Of a DNA stretch of 29,959 bases, positions 28,560 through 29,959 are shown piece after piece. Position 1 is the stretch's first letter; the number at the start of each line of letters is the position of its first letter. This DNA comes from a bacterium (GTDB taxonomy: Bacteria; Oederibacteriota; PGYV01; Palsa-1178): positions 1 through 29,959 of the forward strand of contig JBAXIL010000019.1 of the NCBI GenBank assembly GCA_037138355.1, given 5' to 3'. The notes beneath the pieces were generated by a model, which worked only from the letters and a program-made list of their open reading frames with translations, searched no databases and was not told where the DNA came from. The position numbers were made by a program, and so were the translations under genes.

Positions 28560-29450
28560 CTACTGATACCACCTTACCCAATCCACGAACATTTTTTGTG
28601 GAAATGTGGTTGTACCGTCAGGATTGCCTGGCCAAGAGCCTCCCACTGCAAGATTTAATACTATAAATGTAGGAAGTCTTAGTTCATTCATAACAATATC
28701 TGATGTATCTATGGTGTAATATAGATTATTATCAAAATACCATTTTATTTGCGTGGCAGTCCACTCTATCGCGTAAGTATGATATGAATCTGACAAAGTA
28801 GCCGGCCAAGTTACCAGTCCATTTCCGCCTTGAAATTGATGTCCACTATCATTCCAATGTGCTGTTCCATAATATTTATTGTCACGGCCACTACCACCGC
28901 CAATCATTTCAAGTATGTCCACTTCACCACAAGCTGGCCACCCCACAGTTCCTATATTATTACCAAGCATCCAAAAAGCAGGCCATATTCCCTGTCCTAT
29001 AGGAAGCTTAATACTTGCCTCTATTCTGCCATAAGTTTTATATACCAAGTTTTCTGATTTTAATCTCGCAGAAGTATAGCTCATACCGCCATAATTTTCC
29101 GCAAGTGCCTGTATGACAAGTTTTCCGCTTTCAACATAAGCATTTACTGTTCTTGAAGTGTAGTATTCCAGTTCATTATTACCCCAACCTGACCCACCTA
29201 TATCATAATTCCAATTTTCTCTGTTGATAGTTGTGCCATTGAATTCATCACTCCAAACCAAAGTCATTCCAGCGGGCGGAGTTACAGTAGCAGTTGATAT
29301 AATGTCAGAAATTTTTGTTGCAGTTGCAGATATAAATATTGTTGGTGCAGCTAAGGACAATTCCGAAGGATTATATTTAGTTGAGCACGAGTAGCTTGCC
29401 ACACAAAAAGAAATTACAAAAACAAAAAATATAACATTCAATTTTTTCAT
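28560..29450 (-). CDS. GH16 glycoside hydrolase (laminarinase/beta-1,3-glucanase-like), probable lipoprotein
   Basis: WSDEFNG, GWGNNELEYY, GIWPAFWMLG, catalytic EVDILE, LNLAVGGSWPG; signal peptide with Cys and a Thr/Ala-rich linker. Confidence 0.92.
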   Translation of the reverse strand: MKKLNVIFFVFVISFCVASYSCSTKYNPSELSLAAPTIFISATATKISDIISTATVTPPAGMTLVWSDEFNGTTINRENWNYDIGGSGWGNNELEYYTSRTVNAYVESGKLVIQALAENYGGMSYTSARLKSENLVYKTYGRIEASIKLPIGQGIWPAFWMLGNNIGTVGWPACGEVDILEMIGGGSGRDNKYYGTAHWNDSGHQFQGGNGLVTWPATLSDSYHTYAIEWTATQIKWYFDNNLYYTIDTSDIVMNELRLPTFIVLNLAVGGSWPGNPDGTTTFPQKMFVDWVRWYQ

Positions 29451-29506
29451 TTATTCCTCATAGATGTTTTATAAAAAAACAATCAACAGTAAGTTAAGCG
29501 GACCTT

Positions 29507-29959
29507 TTAGTGTAAAGCTTTCGAGTAGTTTTTTTGAACTATAAAAGCACTAACATGCCTGGATATCGGTCTGGTCCCGTTTGTTCCTTCTATAGTAAAG
29601 TAATATAATCCATTTGCTAAATCCATAGGTGGGTACCATACTTCCGAGTGTTGTCCCTGAGGCACATTACCCTTCACAACAGAATAGATTTTTCTTTCAC
29701 CAAAAGTGTAAACATTAATTGTAAGTTTTTCAGCCAACCCTTTTATATAATAATTAAAAGTTACTTTATCACCTTTTGTTGGATTTGGGAAAGCAATAAG
29801 TTGTGAAACATCTACATACCAAGCATTTGGTGTTGGTGTAATTGTAGGTGTAAGCGTTGCGGTAGAAATAGGAGTTATAGTTGCAGTCCGAGTTATAGTA
29901 GCAGTTTTAGTAATAGTAAATGTTGGCCCTAATGTATTTGTTTTCGTCATAGTCGCAGT
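29507..29959 (-). CDS. C-terminal part of a large secreted protein: Thr/Pro-rich linker + PNP-type Ig-like sorting domain (partial)
   Basis: Frame is open to the window edge (TATMTKT...). TxTxTPT repeats, then AFPNP...INVYTFGERKI...W...LANGLYY, resembling T9SS type-A CTD/FlgD-Ig domains. Confidence 0.8.
   Translation of the reverse strand, partial: TATMTKTNTLGPTFTITKTATITRTATITPISTATLTPTITPTPNAWYVDVSQLIAFPNPTKGDKVTFNYYIKGLAEKLTINVYTFGERKIYSVVKGNVPQGQHSEVWYPPMDLANGLYYFTIEGTNGTRPISRHVSAFIVQKNYSKALH

Noticed and set aside
29830..29959. Repetitive DNA resembling a tandem array or CRISPR
   Set aside because: Explained by Thr-x codon repeats in a protein linker; no constant repeat-spacer structure.

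Overview
AT-rich chromosomal window from a diderm bacterium (LptE, TolC, lipoproteins); almost all genes lie on the minus strand. It is mostly housekeeping: argS, rpsT, holA, lptE, leuS, a CNNM/CorC protein, ybeY, aspS, ychF and hppA. Envelope genes are interspersed: a TPR protein, a GT-C/beta-propeller fusion, a LysM lipoprotein, glycine-zipper and P13/TM2-like proteins, TolC + RND pump, GT2, GH16 and a Thr-rich protein with a PNP-type C-terminal domain. Several features are not visible in the ORF track. (1) A frameshifted, truncated GIY-YIG nuclease gene (24539-24729, -) is enclosed by the two halves of a YGTCATTGYGAGGA REP-like inverted repeat, with a second small palindrome apparently nested in one arm. 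(2) holA is interrupted by a single in-frame TAA. (3) The tolC-RND operon has no periplasmic adaptor gene and is preceded by an ECF/sigmaE-like promoter and an 11-bp palindrome. (4) ArgRS has NIVS in place of HIGH. (5) Three intergenic hairpins share a GGGCCGG/CCGGCC core. No rRNA, tRNA or CRISPR array was seen. All family calls come from motif recognition by eye, not from database searches.
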